64,000 bases of DNA from a bacterium (lineage in GTDB: Bacteria > Patescibacteriota > Saccharimonadia > UBA4664), in contig CP064960.1 in the NCBI GenBank assembly GCA_016699105.1, positions 72,727-136,726 on the forward strand. Reading direction: 5' to 3'. A program made the translations under genes and the position numbers. Shown here one piece after another: positions 8,977 through 18,455 of this stretch (its first letter is position 1; every line of letters begins with the position of its first letter). Under the pieces are notes generated by a model. That model saw nothing but the letters and a program-made list of their open reading frames with translations, made no database searches and was not told where the DNA came from.

Positions 8977-9366
8977 TCAGCTGAGGTTCCAGCGGACGGT
9001 GCGGCGGCTCCAGCGACCCGGCATGATGTCGAACGCGTCGGCGTCGACCGGGTTGAGCCTACCGAGAGCAGCTTTGGCGCTGCGACGATCCTGGCGGTTG
9101 AGGCGCCGAGTCTCGTAGCCGTTGGCCTCGGAGTCGCCGGCCATACCGCCGAAGTGCACCAATTCGCGGCTGCAGTTGGTGTGGATAACGCTGTTGCGCC
9201 ACCCGTGTTTGCCACCCTTACGCCGATTGACAAAGTCCGGCAATACGGGCTGCTCAGCGATCTGGCACAGCGAACCATTCCAGCAGCAGCTGTGGTACAT
9301 GTAGCCGGGCCGAGTCGTGTCAACAGCCTGCAGTGCGTAGGGCTGCGTGTTGTCGGTGCGAGACAT
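8977..9366 (-). CDS. Hypothetical Cys-containing protein in a high-GC islet.
   Basis: 129-aa ORF with diverse composition (YHSCCWNGSLCQ...RRTVRWNLS). The opposite-strand ORF 8971..9450 is Ala/Val-rich and typical of GC antisense. A degenerate copy of the C-terminal coding end lies at 9456. Confidence 0.4.
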   Translation of the reverse strand: MSRTDNTQPYALQAVDTTRPGYMYHSCCWNGSLCQIAEQPVLPDFVNRRKGGKHGWRNSVIHTNCSRELVHFGGMAGDSEANGYETRRLNRQDRRSAKAALGRLNPVDADAFDIMPGRWSRRTVRWNLS

Positions 9367-9455
9367 GATAATCCCCTATCCAGACACCACCATGGTGCCT
9401 TAATGGGGAGGGATGTAGACAACCAAGTGCTGCCTCCAGCCTGTGCGTAATTTGG

Positions 9456-9560
9456 TCAGTTGAGGTTCCAGCGGACAGTGCGGCAACCGAACCGATGACG
9501 GAGTTTGATTATAGCCTGCTTTGGGCCAAGCTGACCAACCCAAATTGATGACACCGGAAG
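9456..9560 (-). repeat. Degenerate partial paralog of the 3-prime end of the 8977..9366 gene.
   Basis: tcagttgaggttccagcggacagtgcggc (9456) versus tcagctgaggttccagcggacggtgcggc (8978). It encodes ...CRTVRWNLN* compared with ...RRTVRWNLS*. Confidence 0.5.
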
Positions 9561-9988
9561 TGCACCGTTGCTCAACTGCCCCCAGACTAGCCAGGCAATC
9601 CGACCTGGATCAATATTATAACCTTGCGTAGGTTCGATATGCGCTCTGTAGGTAGTGACGGTCGTCGATCGACTCGATCCAAGTAATTTCTGGATTCAGA
9701 ATTGATCGAAATGCACTGTGTAAATCCGGATACATATCGATCGGCCTGATTGGCGTCGATCCTGGAAAAATTCGACATCCAGGCTTCAGGTGGTCAGCCG
9801 GTACAACAATCACTGAATGCAATCTGCCGAATCCCAATCTGTAGTCCGTACCAGCTATAAAAGCGGGACGACCTAGACGACAGATAACAACGGCAAGCGA
9901 CATAGACCGCCTTCCTTTATTAGTAGAGGTTCTCGGCGTGCTTGCCGATACTATATTAAAGCACTATTGTGTGCAATTTGCAAACATT

Positions 9989-10914
9989 AGTTCCGTGAAT
10001 CTAAAAACCCACCTCCATCTGGTAACCCAGTAATATCCTGACGTAGTGGAGCAAATAACCATTTACGCTCCGTGGAAACGAGCTCACCAGAGGTAAATGC
10101 TCTTTTAAGTGGTCAAAGGTAGCCTCAATCTTGGCTCGTTTGTACAACAGGGACTGCTGCCACTGTGCCATAACCTGGCGACGCTGGCGCCAGTGAGGCG
10201 GAGCCACGACCACAATTCCCCGTGCCTTGAGCTTGGCCCGCTGAATGCGGTCGCCGTAATGACTGTCACCGACCACGATCTTGGTCTCGGCTCGGACGAG
10301 TTGCTCAGTAATGTGGCCGTCGTAGACATCGGCTGGAGTAAAGGCCAGAGCTGAGATTTGACCTGACCCGTTAATAGCCAAATGGAGCTTAAAGCCATAC
10401 CAGTAGCCTTGCCAGTTTCGACCGACTCCAGCTAATTTTTCGGCCACCCGGTAGCGTCCGGTACGGTGGTTTGAGCAAACGGGTAGTTTGGTCGAATCAA
10501 TAAATTGGATCTTAGCTGGCACCAATAGCATGCCTAGCAACCTCGTGAGCTGGGGTACTAACCGGTGGCAATGAGCCACAAAAGCACCATATGTACCCAG
10601 CTTGGGCACGTCGCGGTGGTGGTACAAAAGCGCCCACCGAAACACATCTTTGAGCGTACGCTGACGAGTACTCGACAAGCAATTCCAGATTAAAAGGGTA
10701 ATGATTTCCGAGTCGCGAACCAGTTTCGGTCGGCCGCCCTGCGGGCGAGCCGGCTCCTCGACGAGACTATCTACAAAGCAAAAGATATCTACGATATGAT
10801 GAGGTTGCAAAGAACGCATTTGGTTTTTCCTTGTTTTGTTTTCCACTTACAAGTTTAACCGGTGCGTTTTTGCATTGTTAATGGGTTAGGGGGTTTTTGA
10901 ATTCACGGTTAGTT
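9989..10914 (-). mobile_element. IS982-family insertion sequence, complete, with imperfect terminal inverted repeats.
   Basis: Left end ttccgtgaatctaaaaaccc and right end gggtttttgaattcacgg (reverse complement ccgtgaattcaaaaaccc) form an 18-bp IR with 2 mismatches. It carries a single transposase ORF and abuts the rny stop codon. Confidence 0.7.
10001..10846 (-). CDS. IS982-family DDE transposase.
   Basis: FIDSTKLPVCSNHR...GYWYGFKLHLAINGSG...VVGDSHYG...KRAKIEATFDHLKEHL...SVNGYLLHY parallels the IS982 ISLL6-type transposase motifs (FIDST..., GWFYGFKLH, ADAGY, RQRVETLFSVLK). Confidence 0.75.
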   Translation of the reverse strand: MENKTRKNQMRSLQPHHIVDIFCFVDSLVEEPARPQGGRPKLVRDSEIITLLIWNCLSSTRQRTLKDVFRWALLYHHRDVPKLGTYGAFVAHCHRLVPQLTRLLGMLLVPAKIQFIDSTKLPVCSNHRTGRYRVAEKLAGVGRNWQGYWYGFKLHLAINGSGQISALAFTPADVYDGHITEQLVRAETKIVVGDSHYGDRIQRAKLKARGIVVVAPPHWRQRRQVMAQWQQSLLYKRAKIEATFDHLKEHLPLVSSFPRSVNGYLLHYVRILLGYQMEVGF

Positions 10915-10916
10915 GT

Positions 10917-12434
10917 CTACTTAGCAAATTCAATGGCGCGAGTTTCGCGAATAACATTTACCTTGATGACGCCTGGATATTTAAGGGTGGCCTCAACTTT
11001 GGTAGCAATGTCACGGGCCATCTGGATAGCCTGGAGGTCATCGATACGTTCAGGAGTGACAATAACTCTGATCTCGCGGCCAGCAGAGATGGCATAGCAT
11101 TTATCGACACCGGGGAAAGCGTTGGCCAGGTTTTCGAGCTCGGTCATGCGTTTGGCGTAGTTTTCCATGGTATCGCCACGAGCACCGGGACGACCGGCCG
11201 ACAGAGCGTCACACACCCGTACGATGAGGGCTTCAACGGTGGTGGCTTCGGTGTCGTCATGGTGAGCGTCAATGGCGTGCACGATGGCATCTTCGAGGCC
11301 GTACTTTTGGGCTAATTCAGCCCCAATGTGGTGGTGACCACCTTCGATTTCATGGGTGACAGCTTTGCCCATGTCATGGAGCAGGGTAGCAGTTTTAGCG
11401 ATACGGACATCGGCACCCAGCTCGGTAGCAATCATTCCGGCAAGGTTTGCCATTTCAACCGAGTGCTTGAGCACATTTTGCGAATAACTGGTGCGGAATT
11501 TGAGTTGCCCGAGGAGCCGGATAAGCTCAGGCGGCAAGCCGACAACACCGGTTTCTTTGACGGCCTTTTCGCCTGCTTCTTTGACCATCTTATCGACTTC
11601 GGATTTGGCTTTGGCTACCACTTCTTCGATGCGGCCGGGATGAATACGACCATCGGACAGCAATTTTTCGAGAGCGACACGGGCGACTTGGCGGCGCATT
11701 GGATCAAAGCTGGATAGAACGATAGCGCCGGGGGTTTCATCGATAATGACATCGACGCCGGTAGCGCGTTCGAGCGCTTGAATATTACGGCCCTCTTTGC
11801 CAATGACCCGGCCTTTGAGTTCTTCATTGGGCAGTGGAACGGTTGTAATCGTGCGTTCGGCGGTTTGGTCCGAAGCCATACGCTCCATAGCTGACACAAT
11901 AATCATGCGGGCTTTGTCGTCAGCTTCTTCCACTGCGTCCACTTGCATCTTGGCGACCAGTTTGACCAAGTCCTGCTTGATGTCGCGCTCAGTCATTTTG
12001 AGCAATTTCTGCTTGGCTTCCTCTTTGGTGAGGGCGGCGATTTTTTCGAGGTTTTCTTGTTGCTTGGCCCGAATTGATCGCAGGTCATCTTTGAGTACAT
12101 CGAGGTCGGCTTCGTGCTTGCGCAGCTTTTCGGAGCGCTTGTCCAGTTCTTCGAGTTTGGAATCGAGGGCTGATTGGCGAGCAAGCAACTGTTGCTCGGT
12201 TTTGGCTAGTTCGCTGCGACGCTCTTTTTCTTCTTGGCGGGCGGCGTCGGCTAGTTTATTGGCATCAGTTTTGGCATCGCCGAGTAATTCTTTGGCTTGG
12301 ACTTGGGCTTGTTTAATAATTTTATCAGCTTGATCAGTGGCAGCTTGGGAGCGGCGAGTTTTGCGGTACTTGTCATAGGCAATGGTGGCGCCACCTCCGG
12401 TTACGAAAGCCACGAACACGTAAAAGAACATCAT
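10917..12434 (-). CDS. rny: Ribonuclease Y.
   Basis: N-terminal TM helix, long coiled-coil, KH domain (GRVIGKEGRNIQALE) and HD domain (LLHDMGKA...HHHIGAELAQKYG). 505 aa and intact. Confidence 0.9.
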   Translation of the reverse strand: MMFFYVFVAFVTGGGATIAYDKYRKTRRSQAATDQADKIIKQAQVQAKELLGDAKTDANKLADAARQEEKERRSELAKTEQQLLARQSALDSKLEELDKRSEKLRKHEADLDVLKDDLRSIRAKQQENLEKIAALTKEEAKQKLLKMTERDIKQDLVKLVAKMQVDAVEEADDKARMIIVSAMERMASDQTAERTITTVPLPNEELKGRVIGKEGRNIQALERATGVDVIIDETPGAIVLSSFDPMRRQVARVALEKLLSDGRIHPGRIEEVVAKAKSEVDKMVKEAGEKAVKETGVVGLPPELIRLLGQLKFRTSYSQNVLKHSVEMANLAGMIATELGADVRIAKTATLLHDMGKAVTHEIEGGHHHIGAELAQKYGLEDAIVHAIDAHHDDTEATTVEALIVRVCDALSAGRPGARGDTMENYAKRMTELENLANAFPGVDKCYAISAGREIRVIVTPERIDDLQAIQMARDIATKVEATLKYPGVIKVNVIRETRAIEFAK

Positions 12435-12639
12435 GGTATAGGTGCCTCGGACTCATGTCATCAATTCCTGGTCGCGCTGCTGGGGTAAACAAAAAACGCA
12501 ATAAGCCGCTTTAGACTTGGGTGGCGCGGTCGGATGGAGTTGAATTCATGAGTATAGTCTTAAAAAGTAATTGTGGGTGAATTTAGATCAGCTAGTCAAA
12601 AGCGAGCAATCTTATTAAACCCCGTATTGACCCAACCGG

Positions 12640-13050
12640 TCAAGATTTGGGCTGTTTTTGGGGATGCGTAATATGTGCCTCGCTGCCATAGGCGGGCAAG
12701 GCTGGAACCGAAGCGGGCGTATGAGGTAGCTTGGTCAACCCTTGGGAGAGCCAATCATCGCCTGTCGTGCCGATGATAGGAATCTGCAGACTATCAGCTA
12801 GGGCATTGAGGACTGTATGACCAATGCGCAGTGATGTGAAGGAACCGGGGCCACTAAATACGATCAGGCCAGATAGGTCACTCAAAGTAAGGTTGTGGTC
12901 TGCCAGGAGTGATTGGAGCTGGCTAAGGAGTTCCGTAGAAAGGTTGCGACCGGAATCCCAGATTAATTGGGGATCGCCAGCAGAATTATTAGCAGCATCG
13001 AGCAACCACATAGAAGTAGTGGGACCGGCAGCATGTAGCGCTAATATCAT
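12640..13050 (-). CDS. tsaB: tRNA threonylcarbamoyladenosine biosynthesis protein TsaB (YeaZ-like, short form).
   Basis: GPGSFTSLRIGHTVLNALA is the YeaZ signature. It is adjacent to tsaE. Confidence 0.65.
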   Translation of the reverse strand: MILALHAAGPTTSMWLLDAANNSAGDPQLIWDSGRNLSTELLSQLQSLLADHNLTLSDLSGLIVFSGPGSFTSLRIGHTVLNALADSLQIPIIGTTGDDWLSQGLTKLPHTPASVPALPAYGSEAHITHPQKQPKS

Positions 13051-13562
13051 GTTTTATCCTCGGTTTGTCGTGACGACCGCCAAGCACTCAATACCTGTTC
13101 AGATGCTGTTCCACCTGATTGAAAACTAATTTGGCGATCATCATCTCCAGTGACGGTGAAACTGATTTTTAATCGATCGGCAGGCAGCTGGCTGTGAGCG
13201 ATATCGGCCCATTCAATAATAGTAATTACTTGGGGATCCACTAAATCTTCTGCTAATTCTTGACCCACGATACCGGCGTCACCCAAGCGGTACAAATCGT
13301 AATGATGCACCTCAAGTTCAGACTTCAAGCGGTAGACTCGGCTGATCGCGAAGGTCGGGCTGCCGACTTCGCCGCCAAAACCCCAGCCGGTGGCCAAGCC
13401 TTGCACGAAAGTGGTTTTGCCACCGCCCAAATCGCTGGCCAATTCCAAGATGTGGCCGCCTTTCAGAAACGGCGCCAGGCTGGCCGCTAGTTGCTGAGTG
13501 GCCGCGAAGCCGGTGGTAGATACGTTGTAGGTCATAGCGGAATTCATATATACAGTAGACAA
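13047..13562 (-). CDS. tsaE: tRNA threonylcarbamoyladenosine biosynthesis ATPase TsaE (YjeE).
   Basis: The P-loop ELASDLGGGKTTFVQGLA lies within the conserved YjeE core. It overlaps the tsaB start by 4 nt. Confidence 0.7.
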   Translation of the reverse strand: MSTVYMNSAMTYNVSTTGFAATQQLAASLAPFLKGGHILELASDLGGGKTTFVQGLATGWGFGGEVGSPTFAISRVYRLKSELEVHHYDLYRLGDAGIVGQELAEDLVDPQVITIIEWADIAHSQLPADRLKISFTVTGDDDRQISFQSGGTASEQVLSAWRSSRQTEDKT

Positions 13563-14742
13563 GTGTAAGCCCGAGGAGCGTAAATATCAACCAACTGGCG
13601 CTGGGAGCAGTGGCCGCTTCACCAGCTGATTTGGCCAGAGCGGCGGCTTTACTGGCGGCGGGAGCCAACCCCGAACTGGTGGCAAAGGATTTGTTGACTG
13701 TCGTACTGTTGGTAGTAGAAGTTGTGCCCGATTTGACCGTCAGATGATTGGCCGCTCCTGGCGTCGGCGTAGAGGTCCAACTCCACGTTTCACCATCGCG
13801 AGCCCAGGCTGCACCAGCTGTAGCTTTGGGGTAAGTGACCGTAGCACCGATGGGTTCGCCGTCTGGAGAGAATAAAGCAATGGAAGACCCGCCATTGGCT
13901 AATGACACTTTGGTGTCGGCAATTTTGAGTGCCAGATATGATCCCGGTTCGACGATGCCGCCTTTGAGTGCGTGTTTAGTACCGAGTGCCGATCCAGTTT
14001 TGACGACAATGCCGGTCAAATCTATGGCTGAAGTGCCGGAATTGTAAAACTCAATGTACTCATCGGCAGCATCGGTTTGAGGACTAGCGGGGTCGGGCAA
14101 CAGCTCTGTTAGTAAGAGGGCGCCATAATTTTGAGGATCGACATTGTCAGCCGATGCAGTGCTCGTTGCCCCAGTCAGACTGTAACTCGTTGTGGCGTTC
14201 GAAGAACTTGCACTACCTGTCTTGGCCGGTGCCGGCGTGGGTACCACAATGGTATTGGCTGACCCAGACGTTGGCACCACCGTCCAGCTCCAACCGGCGG
14301 ACCCGAGCGCCCACGCGGCCCCAGTGACGGCTTTGGGATAGGTTGTAGTATCGCCATAGGCGCTGCCACCAGCATCAAGCAAACTTACTGTTGCGCCACT
14401 ATTTGATAAGGCAAATCCAGCTTGAGCTGAGGTGATCACAGCATAACCTCCAGCCGGAACACTGATGTCTGAAAGCGGTTTTGTAGTTGGATTGGCAGCT
14501 GTAGCGGATTTGATCTGAATTTTGTAGCCCGCTAGACTGACCGATTCGGAGCTACTATTAAATATCTCTACAAATTCGTGATCGGCATCAGTTTGAGGAC
14601 TAGCCGGATCGGGCAACAGCTCGGTAATGGACAAGGCTACGGCTTCAGAATGAGCTGGCGAAGCCCAAACCAGGCTCAAGGGCAGGCTCAAAAGTAAACT
14701 TATGGCAAAAATAAATAATCGGCGCATTGGCAAAGTCTCCAT
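13318..14742 (-). CDS. Secreted lamin-tail-domain (LTD) repeat protein with a C-terminal TM anchor. The annotated 3-prime end, which overlaps tsaE, is probably read-through caused by a frameshift. The true stop is likely near 13560.
   Basis: Signal peptide METLPMRRLFIFAISLLLSLPLSLVWASPAHS. Two LTD units (ITELLPDPASPQTDADHEFVEIFNSSSESVSLAGYKIQ and LTELLPDPASPQTDAADEYIEFYNSGTSAIDLTGIVVK). TM helix WLIFTLLGLTLVYCIYEF. Confidence 0.55.
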   Translation of the reverse strand: METLPMRRLFIFAISLLLSLPLSLVWASPAHSEAVALSITELLPDPASPQTDADHEFVEIFNSSSESVSLAGYKIQIKSATAANPTTKPLSDISVPAGGYAVITSAQAGFALSNSGATVSLLDAGGSAYGDTTTYPKAVTGAAWALGSAGWSWTVVPTSGSANTIVVPTPAPAKTGSASSSNATTSYSLTGATSTASADNVDPQNYGALLLTELLPDPASPQTDAADEYIEFYNSGTSAIDLTGIVVKTGSALGTKHALKGGIVEPGSYLALKIADTKVSLANGGSSIALFSPDGEPIGATVTYPKATAGAAWARDGETWSWTSTPTPGAANHLTVKSGTTSTTNSTTVNKSFATSSGLAPAASKAAALAKSAGEAATAPSASWLIFTLLGLTLVYCIYEFRYDLQRIYHRLRGHSATSGQPGAVSERRPHLGIGQRFGRWQNHFRARLGHRLGFWRRSRQPDLRDQPSLPLEV

Positions 14743-14902
14743 CTTTTCGATCTGATGTAAACGACTATACCGAACGAATACCGTAATGCAAGCATGGGCG
14801 GATTGGAACTCTGACAAAACTATACACCGTTATTGCTTGCTTAATTGCAATTATCCGTGCTAAGAATCATGTGCCCCCATCAGAACTCGGGGGCGCGCAC
14901 CA

Positions 14903-15524
14903 TTGACACCATCCATCCCTCCAGAGAGGCAATATGAATTGTCCTCAAATCGCATCGACATCAGGGGGCTATCAAGAGCCAAGGTTTTGGCAGCCCTCTT
15001 CAACGCCGCCGAACCGCCTATTCACAACGATGTGATCCACTTTCAAAAAGGTCCATATGTAATGACTACGATCTGGGCACAAGAGCTCATCGAAATCGGC
15101 AGATTATTTTTGCCGGACAATGATGACGATCAAGCATCAAATCAGGATCCGTTATTCTTTGATGTCGTTTATGGCCGCAGCTGTAAGCTGCATTTTGGCG
15201 ACCGAACCAGTATTGATGTTGCGGATTACGACCGCGATAACGGTGGCGATGGTGCCGCCGAGCGCGTGATCGATCGGCTTCGAATCACTGGTGAAGTCCA
15301 CGAGAATTCCAGCCGTTAGCGCCAGCGATTGGACCGACCAAGTGATCAGGCGCTCGCTGATGCGCTATGACGAGCAGGATCTTATGGGTGTGTTTAGCAT
15401 GTTTGTGATCGGTATGGCGCAGCACCCCGATACCGCAGTGGTTGCCGAAGATATTGCACTTCATCGACGACTGTTGGCCGCTTGCAAGCTGGCGCCAGTC
15501 GTGAAGAGATCGGTGCAATCATGA
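14903..15524 (+). CDS. Hypothetical protein. ORFs 14903..15319 and 15291..15524 are probably one gene with a frameshift.
   Basis: The two ORFs are contiguous and on the same strand. No family was recognised. Confidence 0.3.
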
Positions 15525-15548
15525 GAGAAATTCCGGTAATCCGGTAAT

Positions 15549-15596
15549 CAAAACGCTCCCTGGCCTGAAGATATTTCAGAGCTAGGGGAGCGTTTG
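15549..15596 (+). terminator. Stem-loop (terminator-like).
   Basis: caaaacgctccc ... gggagcgtttg is a 10-12 bp perfect stem, followed by tcgataaaaaaa. Confidence 0.35.
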
Positions 15597-15772
15597 TCGA
15601 TAAAAAAACTAGATAATAACGTGCATTGCGCGGGGACCCTTTGGGAGAGTCCTCCCGCGCAAGTGATCGCAGGGGTTGCGATCAGGCGGGGACGGAGGCG
15701 CGCTGGAGCGCCGCCTGGACCAGCTCGACGGTGTCGTCGTGCGCAGGCCGTAGAACGGGTTCTTGGTGGTCA

Positions 15773-16265
15773 TCACCACTCCTGTTTCTCGCAGGCGAGA
15801 ATCATCGTGACGCCCTCGGGCATCACGGGCATGTCGATCTTGCTCTGCTTCACTTCTTGCGGAACAGATGGTGATGCGGTGGCGCCGGGTCGAGCGCGAC
15901 TTCGCGAACGTCGAAATCGAGCGGCGGCGGCGGGACGAGTGCGGCCTTGGCCGCCTTGATCAGGCTGAGCAGGGACGTCTTGACCTCCTTGCGCCGGACC
16001 GCCTCGACGTACCGCACACGGTCCCCGCGACCGTGGCGTCGCCAGGCTGATGTAAATCTTCTGGCTTCGCGGACCTTGTTGATGAGCGTGATGAGGGCCG
16101 TCGGAGCCGTTCCTCCCAGCCGAAGGCCAGAACGACCTCCTTCTCCGGAACAACCAGCACCACGGGCTCGCCGTCGTCGGACGACGTTGATCGAGAACCA
16201 GCGTTCGTGTCGGTGGATGCCATGTTTTCAAGTCCCTTCGTGGGGGCGCAGGCTGTCTGCACCAT
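15773..16265 (-). CDS. Frameshift-broken hypothetical gene(s) in an approximately 68% GC islet.
   Basis: On the minus strand MASTDTNAGSRSTSSDDGEPVVLVVPEKEVVLAFGWEE continues in another frame as ALITLINKVREARRFTSAWRRHGRGDRVRYVEAVRRKEVKTSLLSLIKAAKAALVPPPPLDFDVREVALDPAPPHHHLFRKK. A short downstream ORF (MPVMPEGVTMILACEKQEW) and a further one (MTTKNPFYGLRTT...) follow, with an ATGA start/stop overlap. An AT-rich flank lies at 16270..16400. Confidence 0.3.
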
Positions 16266-16425
16266 GGGTCGTAATATAGCATAATTATTTAATTATGTCA
16301 ACTATATATTGTGATAGTAATTTTGCCTCCAATTTAATGTTGCAATACTCCTGACGCTTTACTCCCCGGACGCACCTTTCCGGGGCTTACTTTTTAAATA
16401 CTGCTTGTGCTACAATTGTTGTAAT

Positions 16426-18429
16426 ATGCGCATTGCAGACCCCGAGTTAAAACAGCTGCTCGTCAAATCTGGCTTGGTTAAAGCCGAGGCGTTGGAAGAG
16501 TTGATGCCCAAAGAGGGTGATAATGAAACGTTGCTTTCTAATGTCCTCAAAAAGAAGTTGGTATCTGAAAAGATCTGGCCAAACTCTATGCCAAGAGCTT
16601 GGAAATGCCGTTTGTAGAGCTCGGTGAAGCTAAGATCCCGCGCGAAATTTTGCTCAAAATACCCGAGCGGATTGCCCGTAAGTACCAGGTCATTTTGTTT
16701 GGCATCGACGAAGACCAGTTGCAACTGGCTATGGCTGACCCCGAAGACTTCCAGGCGATCGATTTTATTACCAAACAAGTCGGCGGTAAGCTCAAAACGT
16801 ATATTGCGACCCAAGCCGACATTTTGGGCGCATTGGACCAATACAAGGGCAGTATTTCCAGCGAGATTACGCAGGCAATTAAGGATTCTAGTGCCGACGC
16901 GGCGGCCGAAGAAAGGTATCGGCCAAAGATTTGGCCGAAGATGCGCCAATCGCCAAAACCGTGAATGTGATTCTAGAATATGCCGTCAAATCGAGAGCGT
17001 CCGATATTCACATTGAGCCGCGGGAAACGATAGTCCAGGTACGGTACCGGGTTGACGGTGTACTCAAAGAGACAATGACGCTACCCAAGCCGATACTGGC
17101 AGCGGTGGTGAGTCGCATTAAGATTTTGGCCAATCTCAAGATTGACGAGCACCGGGTGCCCCAAGATGGCCGGTTTAAATTTGCGATCGGACAAACTCAG
17201 GTAGCCTTGCGGGTATCGACACTACCAATTATGGACGGCGAAAAAGTGGTTATGCGTATCTTGACGAGTCAGCCCGAGCCTTGACGCTCGAAGAACTCGG
17301 TTTCAACGGACACGCGCTGGAAACGATTGTGCGAAATTTGCACAAACCCCATGGTATGACGCTGGTGACTGGTCCGACTGGTTCAGGTAAATCGACAACC
17401 CTCTATTCGGTCTTGAGTATGCTCAATACCGCCGGCGTCAACATTTCGACGATTGAAGATCCCGTGGAATACCGCGTGGGCGGTGTCAACCAAACCCAAG
17501 TCAATCCTAAGGCTGGTATGACTTTTGCTTCAGGTTTGCGGGCCTTGCTCCGACAAGATCCCAATATCATCATGGTCGGTGAGGTGCGCGACGGTGAAAC
17601 AGCCAACTTGGCGGTGCAGGCAGCCCTGACCGGACACGTCGTCTTGAGTACCCTCCACACCAACAATGCCGCGACCACACTCCCCCGTTTGCTCGATATG
17701 GGAATTGAGCCGTTTTTGATATCCAGCACCGTCAATACCGTCATCGGCCAACGGCTCGTGCGCCGCTTGTGTCAGACGTGCCGCATCCCATATGTGCCGG
17801 TGGGAGTGGAACTTTCCAACATCAAACGTGATTTCCAGCTCGATGCTGCCATCAAGCGTTATAACGAAATCAAAGGTATGCCGGAAGCTGCAGCTGCGTC
17901 GACGCCGGAACCCGAGGTCAAACCCAAGGTTGAAGAACAAGCCATTTTGCCGACCGAGCATAAAAAAGGCCGGGTGATCAACCCAGAGCACGAGATCATT
18001 GAGGGTGCCAAAAGTATTTTGGATAAAATTGCAGCCGACCCCAACATTCTCAACCGCAGTGCCGAAGAAGCTAACAAACCCAAAACAGTGGCTCAAAATG
18101 CTCCCGCTCCCAAAGACCCCAAAACGTCAGCGGCGCCTGAACCAGCACCTGATCCCAAAGACCTCAAAGCCGGTCAGTTTGTGCTCTATAAGCAAGGTCC
18201 CGGCTGTGAAGCGTGTGGGGGCGTCGGCTTCCAAGGCCGCATGGGTATTTATGAAGTTCTGGAAATAGATTCCACATTGTCGAAGCTGATTGTGTCACGG
18301 GCTACGAGTGACGATATCCAGATGTCGGCTATTCGCAACGGTATGTTGACCATGCAGCAAGATGGTTTCGTCAAAGCTCTACTGGGTAAGACGACGATCG
18401 AAGAGATCATGCGGGTCACCAGGGAGTAA
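16426..18429 (+). CDS. pilB: Type IV pilus assembly ATPase PilB (GspE family). It is split into 4 ORFs by 3 single-base frameshifts in short homopolymers (gaaaag near 16575, ccaaag near 16935, cagccc near 17285). It also carries an ~85-aa low-complexity insert between the CxxC pairs.
   Basis: GspE N-terminal domain (EMPFVELGEAKIPREILLKIPERIARKYQV). Walker A GPTGSGKSTT. The Asp/His boxes. The tetracysteine motif CQTC...CEAC, interrupted by PEPEVKPKVEE...APEPAPDPKDLK. Confidence 0.8.
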
Positions 18430-18455
18430 GTTTATGGATAACGACTAACCACACC

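Noticed and set aside
8971-9450. 159-aa Ala/Val/Gly-rich plus-strand ORF.
   Set aside because: It is a GC-rich antisense artefact. The minus-strand ORF has more protein-like composition and a duplicated 3-prime end.
11328-12333. Plus-strand ORFs inside rny, including a Ser-rich 178-aa ORF.
   Set aside because: They are antisense to the well-conserved RNase Y gene. Ser/Leu richness is typical of antisense reading of a Glu/Lys-rich coiled-coil.
16410-18096. Minus-strand ORFs 16410..16949, 16586..16846, 17403..17744, 17530..18096 and 17859..18083.
   Set aside because: They are antisense shadows inside pilB. The plus strand encodes a recognisable GspE ATPase.
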